Assembly (NCBI GenBank): GCA_003345555.1
Contig: PRDJ01000073.1
Location: 1-32,000, forward strand
Direction: 5' to 3'
Length of the DNA: 32,000 nucleotides
From: Candidatus Thorarchaeota archaeon
GTDB taxonomy: Archaea > Asgardarchaeota > Thorarchaeia > Thorarchaeales > Thorarchaeaceae
Of the stretch, positions 1 to 7,886 are shown piece by piece (positions within the stretch are counted from its first letter, which is position 1; each line of letters starts with the position of its first letter). The notes beneath the pieces are model-generated. The model did no database searches and had not been told where the DNA came from. It was given only the letters and a program-made list of their open reading frames with translations. Position numbers and translations under genes: made by a program.

Positions 1-304
1 TCTTTCTCGCCCGGTCCCCGTGCTTTGAGCTTTGACAGGTTGAATCGAACGCGGTGTCGTTTCGGGATCACTAGACAAAATGAACCACCCGTTTTGATGT
101 AAGGGATTCGAGCAGCCTAGATATCGCAAGTCGACGTACTGATTCAAAGAGATTGCGGCTCGATGAATCCTCTCTGAAATTGATGACAGAGTGCTAGGGC
201 AGAAGCGTCTTGGCCTCTCAGCGAAGGAATATATGACACTGAGGCTTGTTAAATGAAAGCGATGAGCCAGAGTTGGCTTGTGAAAGACAAGTGGCGGGGC
301 CAGA

Positions 305-799
305 ATGAGTTACAGAAGGAAATCTTGGCAGGAGAAGTTGGCAGACAAGAAGGGCTTACCGAAGATACTGAGGCTGGAGAAGACATTTCCATGTTACAAC
401 GCAGTTCACAAGATGGGAGCTGAGGCAGGCGACGAAGTGGTCCTCGTTAATCCCAGCGAAGTCGTTGAGATTATGAAAGAGGTACCAGAGGGAAAACTAA
501 CAACTATCGTCCAAATCTGCAGGAAGATTGCTGAAAAGCACAACGTTAAGGCTTGTTGCTCTCTCACGACGGGAATCTTCATCATGATTGCAGCCAACGC
601 AGCCGAAGAAGCTGCTAGTCAAGCGGGAGATATCACTATTCCCTATTGGCGGACTCTGAAGGCAGATGGATCCTTGAATGAGAAATACCCCGGCGGAGCT
701 GAAGGCCATAGGAAGAAGCTCGAGAGAGAAGGATTTCCTGTAATCAAGAAAGGAAAGAAGTATTTCGTTGAGAATTACCAGGATTTCTTGGAAGATTGA
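305..799 (+). CDS. MGMT/Ogt DNA-binding-domain protein, alkyltransferase-like (no PCHR catalytic Cys)
   Basis: 164-aa ORF with the Ogt C-terminal-like pattern 'VPEGKLTTI..I...IA' and 'IPYWRTLKADGSL..KYPGG...HRKKLEREGF'. PYWR occupies the position of the PCHR active-site motif. Confidence 0.72.
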   Translation: MSYRRKSWQEKLADKKGLPKILRLEKTFPCYNAVHKMGAEAGDEVVLVNPSEVVEIMKEVPEGKLTTIVQICRKIAEKHNVKACCSLTTGIFIMIAANAAEEAASQAGDITIPYWRTLKADGSLNEKYPGGAEGHRKKLEREGFPVIKKGKKYFVENYQDFLED

Positions 800-934
800 T
801 AGTGACTTTCCCTCCTCCATAGGACTTGGGATAATTGCTCCAATGTGTCTTGACAATTCCCATTTTCGATCTGTTTGGAAATGGCATAGAACGATTCCAA
901 TATGCCTAATCGGGGCATTTCCTTTTTCCGGATT

Positions 935-1189
935 TCAGGCTGGGTAATCTCTCCTCTTTGTCAGCCATAGCGCCATTGTCAATGTCGTTACTGGAATAAG
1001 AATACTCAAAGGGAGTATGATGAAAAGAAGAGGAATTCGAATATCCGTTCCTGCGGGAAACATTATCAGAAGCACAAACACAAGGGTCACGCCAAGCACA
1101 CCACTCATCACAACCAGAATTGAGCTCACAAGATAGGCCCATTTCGGTGGTGTGTCCACAGGTCTCAACTGTCTTCCCGCAACCTTCAT
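935..1189 (-). CDS. Small two-TM membrane protein (hypothetical)
   Basis: The C-terminal 84 aa of ORF 935..1516, from ATG at 1189, has two clear hydrophobic helices followed by a basic KRR. The upstream part of the long ORF does not look coding, so the start is uncertain. Confidence 0.4.
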   Translation of the reverse strand: MKVAGRQLRPVDTPPKWAYLVSSILVVMSGVLGVTLVFVLLIMFPAGTDIRIPLLFIILPLSILIPVTTLTMALWLTKRRDYPA

Positions 1190-1573
1190 TCCTCGTATGC
1201 TTATGGGTTTTGCCAACGAGCGACTTACTAGGACAAATCGATATACGTCATAATCAGGGGGCCCCCAGCTCCGTAGATGTACTTGTGGGCACAGTGAGGT
1301 GGAAAAGAAGGTAATATCCGATACTCCTAAGCCGCAGCGGTGGGCAGGCTTGTGCTTGCAGCTGGTTTCTAGGTTAGCGCGGCATGGAGCGATGACCGAG
1401 CATGCATTTCGAGCATGTATCTCCGTGCATGCATCTCGTGGGTCAGGCACCCAACTTGCTCTTTGACGGGTCCATTCGTAGCCTAAGTCCTCCGTCAACA
1501 GCGAAGCTTGCGTCAATCAAGCTGGTTATAGAACACTTAGGAAGTTCCTGAGCAAGGGAGGAAAAATCAGCTC

Positions 1574-2878
1574 TTGAGAAGAAATGCTGGACTGCGGAGT
1601 ACGGTGGCTCCGCTGCTCATCATCTTGTTCCTCTGCACTACGATGTCTTGCTTTTCAGCTGTGTCAGGGCGGTCCGACATAAACGAAATCGTGCCATCGT
1701 CCCAGAGGAATATCCCTCCTGACTATTGGCCCACAGAAGGCTGGAGGAACAGCACGCCTCAGGAACACGGGATGAACAATGAAACCCTTTACGACATGGT
1801 GCGGCTGATAGATGCCCAAGACTATCCCGTTCTCTCGATTGTCATCGTGAAGGATGGTTACGTCGTCTTTGAGCAGTATTTGAGCGAGTATCTCACTGCG
1901 CAATACCGTCACCTCCTTCACTCGGTCACGAAGAGCTTCACTGGTGCACTGATTGGAATCGCCTTTCAGCAGGGTCTCCTTAGTGGAGTCAATGAGACAG
2001 TCCTTAGTTTCTTCCCCGAGTACGAGATAGCCAATCCTGACCCTCGAAAGGACCGGATGACAATCGAGGATCTCCTCACAATGACCCCCGGTCTGGATTG
2101 GGACGAGTGGTCAACTCCCTACGTTGACCCGGATACCAATACACTCATGGGCATGATGTACAGTTCCGACGCGGTGAAATTCGTTCTAGACCGTCCCATG
2201 ACCTCAGAACCCGGGACTACTTGGACCTATTGTGGAGGCGCGTCCGTCCTACTTGGTGCAATCATCCAAAAAGTGTCGAATAGCAGTACACTGGAATTCG
2301 CTCATGAGTACCTCTTTGATCCTCTAGGATTCGATTATGGGACCTGGTATCTATTACCTGGCGGCTGGTACAACACTCAAGGAGGACTCAGGCTCACAAC
2401 ATTGGACATTGCGAGACTTGGGTTCCTTTACCTCAATAATGGCACATGGGATGGGACACAGATACTCCCAGCTGATTTCATCGCTCAAGCAACCAGTCCT
2501 ATTGATATCCCAAATGCACTCGGTGAACCATTTGGATATGGTTGGCATTGGTGGACTCGTTCGGACCTAGGAGTTTATTTCGCATATGGGCGATACGGTC
2601 AGAAGATCATGGTTTCGCCTGAGCACGACTTGGTGGTAGCTTTCAATGCGATGGTTCCGGATGATGGGTATGACCCTGAGTTCGACCTTTTCAGGGACTA
2701 CATTCTGAAGTCTATTGAAGAAGGGCCAGACAAAAGCGGAACTGACTCGATTCCCATTCAACTATACGTGGCTGGGCTCGTCCTAAGCGTCACCATGATT
2801 CCATTGATTGCTGCAGCGGTCTATGTATCAGTTGCTAGATTCCAGCACCGGAAACCCCTATCACCGGAAACCCCCTGA
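1574..2878 (+). CDS. Membrane-anchored serine hydrolase, beta-lactamase/AmpC (class C) family
   Basis: SxxK motif 'SVTKS', 'LLTMTPG', 'PGTTWTYCGG', 'GGLRLTTLDIARLG' and 'AYGRYGQ'. N-terminal signal-like segment and C-terminal TM helix. TTG start with purine-rich AAGGGAGG upstream. Confidence 0.9.
   Translation: MRRNAGLRSTVAPLLIILFLCTTMSCFSAVSGRSDINEIVPSSQRNIPPDYWPTEGWRNSTPQEHGMNNETLYDMVRLIDAQDYPVLSIVIVKDGYVVFEQYLSEYLTAQYRHLLHSVTKSFTGALIGIAFQQGLLSGVNETVLSFFPEYEIANPDPRKDRMTIEDLLTMTPGLDWDEWSTPYVDPDTNTLMGMMYSSDAVKFVLDRPMTSEPGTTWTYCGGASVLLGAIIQKVSNSSTLEFAHEYLFDPLGFDYGTWYLLPGGWYNTQGGLRLTTLDIARLGFLYLNNGTWDGTQILPADFIAQATSPIDIPNALGEPFGYGWHWWTRSDLGVYFAYGRYGQKIMVSPEHDLVVAFNAMVPDDGYDPEFDLFRDYILKSIEEGPDKSGTDSIPIQLYVAGLVLSVTMIPLIAAAVYVSVARFQHRKPLSPETP
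2846..2874. repeat. 13-bp direct repeat CACCGGAAACCCC x2, spanning the 3' ends of two convergent overlapping genes
   Basis: Exact copies at 2846-2858 and 2862-2874, separated by TAT. Confidence 0.9.
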
Positions 2879-4990
2879 TACACAAGCCGAGTGACATGCT
2901 GAGTGACATGCCGAGTGGCAGACACATGCTGAGTGACACGCCGAGTGGCAAGCTGAATGACATGCATCATGCGAAACACATGCACTGTGACACGCATCAT
3001 GTTGTACGCATCGACTGGTGCCCTCAAGAATCGGTTTCAGCGGTTCAGTGATTATCTTGCCGACGTTCTCTACCACTTTCCCGATCGTTGAAGCCACATT
3101 CGAGATAATCTGAGCGGTTGCCTGTCCTACGTCTCCCACGGCTCGTCCGATATCAGATATTGCTTGCCCGGTTGCCGTTGAGATGTCTCCAAACCAAGTT
3201 GGCACCTGTGGTGGGGCGGCACCGGACTCGGGGTGAGAGAATGAATCGTGAATGTAAGTATCGTGATGGGGGCTCATGTAGAGCCAATACCACGCCCAGC
3301 CATGATACGATCCACTGAAGTAGTAATCTGAACGAGCATCAATCGTGGGATTGGACTGTAGCTCTTCCCAAGCCCCCTCAGCAAGCTTCTCATGCTCGGC
3401 CTTTGTGGCTTCGAAGTCGGCCTGCCAAGACTTCTTCTGCACTTCATCAGCGAGACGCTCCACTAAGTCGTCCAGCTTCTCGGCATCAAACTCATCATCC
3501 ACGACAGCATCAACGAGCATCTGCTCATAGTAGGTCAGCTCCTCAAGCTGTATTCCAGTGACAGACACTTTGAGCGGGTCAACAGACAGAACCCTCAGTG
3601 CTCCTTTCTTGACGCAGGACATCAGTATCATAGAGACTATCTTTTGCCTGCTCTCATTCACAAAGAAGGCGGACTCAACTGGGTCGAGCTCGGCGATCGT
3701 TCCGGGCGTGCCAAGTGTCTGGATAGCTATCTCAGGTTTCTTGTAGACGCCTGTGGTTTCGTCAGGCTCCCACCTCGCTCCATAGTGAGAAGTCACCTTC
3801 TTGTAGCCATAGTATGCAATTCCTGCGAATGCTAGGACTCCGAACCCAAGAATCCACGCGCTTGGAGGAATCAACGGTGGTATGTATTCTGTGACGTAGA
3901 CGTTTACTGTGAACACGAGCCACTCCGACGCATTCAGACTAGATGATGATACTTGGAAGGTCACTGGCAGGATTGCCGGCACATTTGCAGGCACGAATTC
4001 GTACGTTAGGAACTGGCCCTCACCTCCAACCAAGGCACCCAGAAATGTTGAGACCTCACCGGAGGTCATGGTCAGATTGATGGGGACTGCCACCGAGACA
4101 GTCACATCCTGCAAATCTGCGTCACCGATGTTGTATACGCCAAAATCGACGTTGAATGGTATATTGGCTTGGGCGTCGATATAATTCACGGCATCAGACC
4201 ACAACGCACCCGGTTGAACATAAGGGGCATAGAATGACCAGTTCGTATAATGGAATATTCTCAGATGCTCCTCAGTGTTGGCGGGGTTTGCGGTCAGACT
4301 AACACTGAAGTTTCTGGGCGAGGCCAAGGGATTGGAGGGGTATGCCAAGAGACTGTATGAATCGTAGCTTCGTTCACTGCCTCCGCTCCATATTCCCTGA
4401 CGAGAGTCCACAACATACCCAGAGTAGTTTGCACCTTCCTGAGTTATTCCTCCTTCCCCACTTATCCACGAAGGCTGCATGACTATTGGGTATATCACGC
4501 GGACGTTCTCGATATCGACCGTCTGAAACCATTGCACCGGTGCCCAATTGAAGACTCCCAAATCCAATGTCTGTTGGATTATGCGGCTCGTACTGAAATA
4601 CCCGAAGACGACGGTGACCGTCTTGCCACTTTCTGTACGCGGAGTCCAGTCTAGACCATATCCTCCTGACTTGGTCGTTACAATAAGACTGTACTTGGTG
4701 CCGTCCATCTGGACATAAGCCCGATCAGGGTCGTATGCATTCGACTCTTGAATGCCAAGCAGGTCGAAACCCCCGAGCGAGCCACTGATTACCGAGAAGT
4801 TCATCCAGTATGTAACATTGATTCGCCCGTTTAGAAGGACAACCACGTCAACGAACACGCCATCGATATTCACGACTGAACTCTGACTCGGTACAGCTGC
4901 CGTACTGAAAAGGGGCATCAATAATAGTGCAGAGAGCACCACAACCGAGCCGAGCAAAGGCCTACGACCGGACAACAACCTACTCTTCAT
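2861..4990 (-). CDS. Large membrane protein: DUF2207-like/Ig-like extracellular region, TM, TIGR04222-like cytoplasmic domain, Cys/His-rich C-terminal repeat tail
   Basis: ORF 2861..5026 with likely ATG at 4990 (MKSRLL). It has an N-terminal hydrophobic signal, a beta-rich region including CARDB-like 'VYNIGDADLQDVTVSV', TM 'AWILGFGVLAFAGIAYYGY', then 'ELDPVESAFF...ILMSCVKKGALRV...ELTYYEQMLVDA', and ends in (CHSA)n. Confidence 0.85.
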   Translation of the reverse strand: MKSRLLSGRRPLLGSVVVLSALLLMPLFSTAAVPSQSSVVNIDGVFVDVVVLLNGRINVTYWMNFSVISGSLGGFDLLGIQESNAYDPDRAYVQMDGTKYSLIVTTKSGGYGLDWTPRTESGKTVTVVFGYFSTSRIIQQTLDLGVFNWAPVQWFQTVDIENVRVIYPIVMQPSWISGEGGITQEGANYSGYVVDSRQGIWSGGSERSYDSYSLLAYPSNPLASPRNFSVSLTANPANTEEHLRIFHYTNWSFYAPYVQPGALWSDAVNYIDAQANIPFNVDFGVYNIGDADLQDVTVSVAVPINLTMTSGEVSTFLGALVGGEGQFLTYEFVPANVPAILPVTFQVSSSSLNASEWLVFTVNVYVTEYIPPLIPPSAWILGFGVLAFAGIAYYGYKKVTSHYGARWEPDETTGVYKKPEIAIQTLGTPGTIAELDPVESAFFVNESRQKIVSMILMSCVKKGALRVLSVDPLKVSVTGIQLEELTYYEQMLVDAVVDDEFDAEKLDDLVERLADEVQKKSWQADFEATKAEHEKLAEGAWEELQSNPTIDARSDYYFSGSYHGWAWYWLYMSPHHDTYIHDSFSHPESGAAPPQVPTWFGDISTATGQAISDIGRAVGDVGQATAQIISNVASTIGKVVENVGKIITEPLKPILEGTSRCVQHDACHSACVSHDACHSACHSACHSACVCHSACHSACHSACVSGGFR
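2864..3010 (-). repeat. Coding tandem repeat: 7 x CHSA plus 2 x CVxHDA (11 Cys, 9 His in 49 aa)
   Basis: Direct translation is CVQHDACHSACVSHDACHSACHSACHSACVCHSACHSACHSACVSGGFR*. The 12-nt units differ at synonymous positions. Confidence 0.95.
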
Positions 4991-5084
4991 TCGTCGCACA
5001 CCGCCCGCGAAAGAGGGATTGGCCAACGCGAGTGTATCGTCTTGTTCCGTGAATCATTTAGTAACAGTCTGAACCACTGATTTC

Positions 5085-5480
5085 TCACTGGCCTTTTCTG
5101 GCCCGAAGCATTTCTGCCTGCGCCGCGGTAAGCTCCGACAAGTCAGCTTTTGCGGTGGCCCACTCTGCCATTTCTGGAAATGCATCAATCATGCCACTCC
5201 AGACGACGTGATATGCTTTCTTCAGAACAACCGCAGCATCCGAATCCTTTCCAACATACTCGAAGAAGCACTTCACCATGACTGGTGTCTGATCCGACAC
5301 ACTGGATGGTACCTCTGTGCCAAAGCCTGCAAAGGCTACATCCAGTTCATGCAGAACGTCAAGCCTCTCCCGTAGACCAGCTGCGAGAACCGGCAGGTCA
5401 ATGTCGTAAGCGCTGAATTGCATAACCAGTTTCTTGCCACTGATTGTGCCGTACGGCAGTCTAGATTCGCTCGAACTCAT
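5085..5480 (-). CDS. Hypothetical 131-aa soluble protein, upstream of and co-oriented with the CHSA-tail protein
   Basis: ATG-started ORF with protein-like alpha/beta composition that fills the gap between neighbours. No family recognised. Confidence 0.75.
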   Translation of the reverse strand: MSSSESRLPYGTISGKKLVMQFSAYDIDLPVLAAGLRERLDVLHELDVAFAGFGTEVPSSVSDQTPVMVKCFFEYVGKDSDAAVVLKKAYHVVWSGMIDAFPEMAEWATAKADLSELTAAQAEMLRARKGQ

Positions 5481-5492
5481 AGCACGATGACT

Positions 5493-5566
5493 CCAGTATT
5501 ATGCTGGTTATGTGTCCAGTCTAGAGGTTGATAAGCCTTTCAGCTGAAGGTGCTGGTTCAGAACCA
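5493..5566. promoter_or_regulatory. Divergent promoter region with three short inverted repeats
   Basis: CCAG-n7-CTGG (5493-5507), TTCAGCTGAA (5539-5548) and TGGTTC-A-GAACCA (5554-5566) lie in the 119-bp gap between divergent starts. Confidence 0.3.
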
Positions 5567-5599
5567 TTAAGAGGATTCGCGCTCTTTCGGGAGGCAGAC

Positions 5600-7021
5600 A
5601 TGGAAGCCCCCAGCTATAGTTACACTCTCGACGATCTTTCGTGGGTACCGAAGTTCATGAATGAAGTAAAGGACTTCTTCTTTGCTAGGTCCGAAGACAA
5701 CCTGCTGATTCTCAGACCCAACAAGACGATGCACCTTAATGAAAGCGCCATGATCATGCTAAAGATGCTTCTCGATGGAAAAGAGCCGGCACATGTTGTT
5801 GAACACTTCGTGAAACACTTCAACGCAGAGCAGCAGACTGTCTTGAATGACCTTGCCGCATTCGTCGAGGATCTCAGGAGGATGACGGTTGGGGACCAGA
5901 ACATACTTGCTTACAAAACAGCGAGAATCATCCCGTTTGGTTCGGCCGAGATAAGGTATCCAGTTCTCAGTGAGATTGCACTCACGTATCGATGCAATAA
6001 CAAATGCAAGTTCTGCTATGCCTACTCTCCATACCGGGAATCAAAAGAGATGTCCACAGAGGAAGTCAAGCACGCAATGGACATCATTGTGGACGATGCA
6101 CATGTTCCCAGTCTCTCTTTCACAGGAGGGGAACCTACCCTTCGCGACGACGTGTTTGATTTGATATCGTACGGTCGCAAGAAAGGACTCCGAATGAACC
6201 TCATCACCAACGGTCGTAGATGTGCAGAGACCTCCTTTGTGGAGCAACTTGTCGCAGCAGGTCTCAACAGCGCGCAGGTTTCAATTGAGGGGCCGAACGC
6301 TCGTATCCATGACTCGATTGCAGGAGTTGAAGGTGCTTTCGAGCAGACAGTGAAAGGCATCAAGAACCTCAAGAAGAGCGGCATCTACACTCACTGCAAC
6401 TCAACTATCTGCAGGCTGAATGTTGATTCCCTGACAGACCTTGTCGACTTCCACGCAGACGAACTTGGCCTAACATACTTCAGCATGAACATGGTAATCT
6501 ACACGGGCACAGCTGCCAAGCTGCGAAACGAGCTGATGATATCATACTCACAGATTGGAGACATTGTCAGACTCGTGAAACATCGCGCGAACAAGAAGGG
6601 ACTGCAGTTCGTTTGGTACGCACCAACACCCGTCTGTCTGTTCAATCCTATTGCTCACGGGCTCGGCGCCAAGAGCTGTGCCTGCTGCGATGGCTTGCTT
6701 TCTGTTGATCCTGAGGGCGGCGTCCTGCCATGTTCAAGTTTCAGTGAACCTGTTGGAAACATACTCAGAGAAGGATTCGATAACGTTTGGCAATCAAGGG
6801 CGGCCCGGTTCTGGCGTGCAAAGGATTTCGCTCCTGAAGGTTGCAGGGCCTGTAGTCACTTTGCCTATTGTACGGCTGCGTGTCCTCTCTATTGGGACGT
6901 GTTTGGATACGAGGAAATCAGACCCTTCTGGCCTGAAAAGACTAAGGTAGGGCGGGCAATCGACGACGCAAGACTGAGTCTAAGAAGAAAGACCAGAGGA
7001 AGCCAGCACGGGATTACTTAG
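5600..7021 (+). CDS. Radical SAM/SPASM protein with N-terminal PqqD-like RiPP recognition element (peptide/protein-modifying maturase type)
   Basis: CxxxCxxC 'CNNKCKFC', 'SFTGGEPTLR', 'ITNG' and 'QVSIEG'. SPASM cysteines 'CACC...PC...CRAC...CTAACP'. N-terminal 'HLNESAMIMLKMLLDGK...V..DL..FV..L' is PqqD/RRE-like. ATG at 5600 with GGGAGG upstream (the ORF track starts at 5528). Confidence 0.93.
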   Translation: MEAPSYSYTLDDLSWVPKFMNEVKDFFFARSEDNLLILRPNKTMHLNESAMIMLKMLLDGKEPAHVVEHFVKHFNAEQQTVLNDLAAFVEDLRRMTVGDQNILAYKTARIIPFGSAEIRYPVLSEIALTYRCNNKCKFCYAYSPYRESKEMSTEEVKHAMDIIVDDAHVPSLSFTGGEPTLRDDVFDLISYGRKKGLRMNLITNGRRCAETSFVEQLVAAGLNSAQVSIEGPNARIHDSIAGVEGAFEQTVKGIKNLKKSGIYTHCNSTICRLNVDSLTDLVDFHADELGLTYFSMNMVIYTGTAAKLRNELMISYSQIGDIVRLVKHRANKKGLQFVWYAPTPVCLFNPIAHGLGAKSCACCDGLLSVDPEGGVLPCSSFSEPVGNILREGFDNVWQSRAARFWRAKDFAPEGCRACSHFAYCTAACPLYWDVFGYEEIRPFWPEKTKVGRAIDDARLSLRRKTRGSQHGIT

Positions 7022-7034
7022 GCAACCCGGCGGT

Positions 7035-7751
7035 CTACTGGACTCCTGCTCGGTTTACGATGACTCGACCACAGTAGGGGCAGGTCTCCTCCTCACCGGG
7101 CAGAACAGGCTTTGCTAGCTTGCCACCGCAGAAGGGGCAACTTGTGACGGATTTCGGCAGCTGTGATACTGCTTCTGATGTGAGAGCGACTCTGGAGTTT
7201 TCATCAATTACCCCGCGGAACTTGCCCTCCTTCGACAGCTCTCTGAGAGCCCCAACAATCTGCTCATCAGTCGCTTCTGTGACGGCAGATATCTGATCGA
7301 ACGTCATTCTTCTTTGAGCAAGAAGCAAGTGAAGAAGACTCTCCTTGAGAGTGACCGCACGAGGGCTGACGATTTCCCATGCTCGCTGGTCAAGGTACAC
7401 TAGCGGTATCTGGCGCCTAGCCAGCTTCTCGGCCGCTTCGGAAACCGCTTGAGGATCGAGCTTCAGTTCCCTTGCTGCCGCATCAACACTTATCCGACCC
7501 TGTTTCTGGACAAGTGGAATTAGCTGGGCTGATACATCGCTGACTCGACTCTCTCGCCTTCCTCTAGATAAAAGCCAGAGACCGATTGCAAGCTCTGGGA
7601 GCCCAAGGATGCCCCATGCCACGATACCTGAAATCAGCCTTACTCCTAATTCGGGCGACACATCTGCAGTTGCAGTGTATACCAGATAAACCATAGCTAG
7701 AGATAGTATCACCAAAATGATACCAAGTAGTTGTACAAACCTTGGGTTCAC
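7035..7751 (-). CDS. Membrane protein: 2 TM, tandem winged-helix/PCI-like domains, C-terminal zinc ribbon
   Basis: Two N-terminal hydrophobic helices, then 'GRISVDAAARELKLD' and 'RRMTFDQIS...IVGALRELSKEGKFRGVID' (HTH-wing patterns), then 'CPFCGG...CPYCG'. GTG start. Confidence 0.72.
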   Translation of the reverse strand: MNPRFVQLLGIILVILSLAMVYLVYTATADVSPELGVRLISGIVAWGILGLPELAIGLWLLSRGRRESRVSDVSAQLIPLVQKQGRISVDAAARELKLDPQAVSEAAEKLARRQIPLVYLDQRAWEIVSPRAVTLKESLLHLLLAQRRMTFDQISAVTEATDEQIVGALRELSKEGKFRGVIDENSRVALTSEAVSQLPKSVTSCPFCGGKLAKPVLPGEEETCPYCGRVIVNRAGVQ

Positions 7752-7886
7752 CGTTCTCAGCCTAGAAAGGGGACTGCTGCCCCCTCAGTTATACCTTCTC
7801 ATCGCCACTGGTATCCGTGCCCACAATAGTTTTATTACCTCAGTCATTAAGTCCGAGACAACTCAGACCGACAGGATGTATAGCTC

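Noticed and set aside
1-130. Minus-strand frame reading 'IKTGGSFCLVIPKRHR', reminiscent of an AbrB/MazE N-terminus
   Set aside because: An in-frame TAG lies just upstream with no start codon before the motif, and the frame runs off the window edge, so it cannot be supported.
1190-1516. Cys-containing N-terminal extension of ORF 935..1516 as a possible RiPP precursor
   Set aside because: Cys spacing is irregular, there is no leader/core pattern, the composition looks non-coding, and it is 4 kb from the rSAM beyond an unrelated gene.
2858-2863. TGA stop of the CHSA protein as possible selenocysteine
   Set aside because: The TGA is immediately followed by TAG, so read-through would add only one terminal residue, and no SECIS-like element was recognised.
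2821-3027. 68-aa minus-strand ORF with 'HVTQHV' repeats as a stand-alone precursor peptide
   Set aside because: It is an alternative-frame shadow of the CHSA repeat. Nucleotide variation between units is synonymous in the CHSA frame, not in this one.
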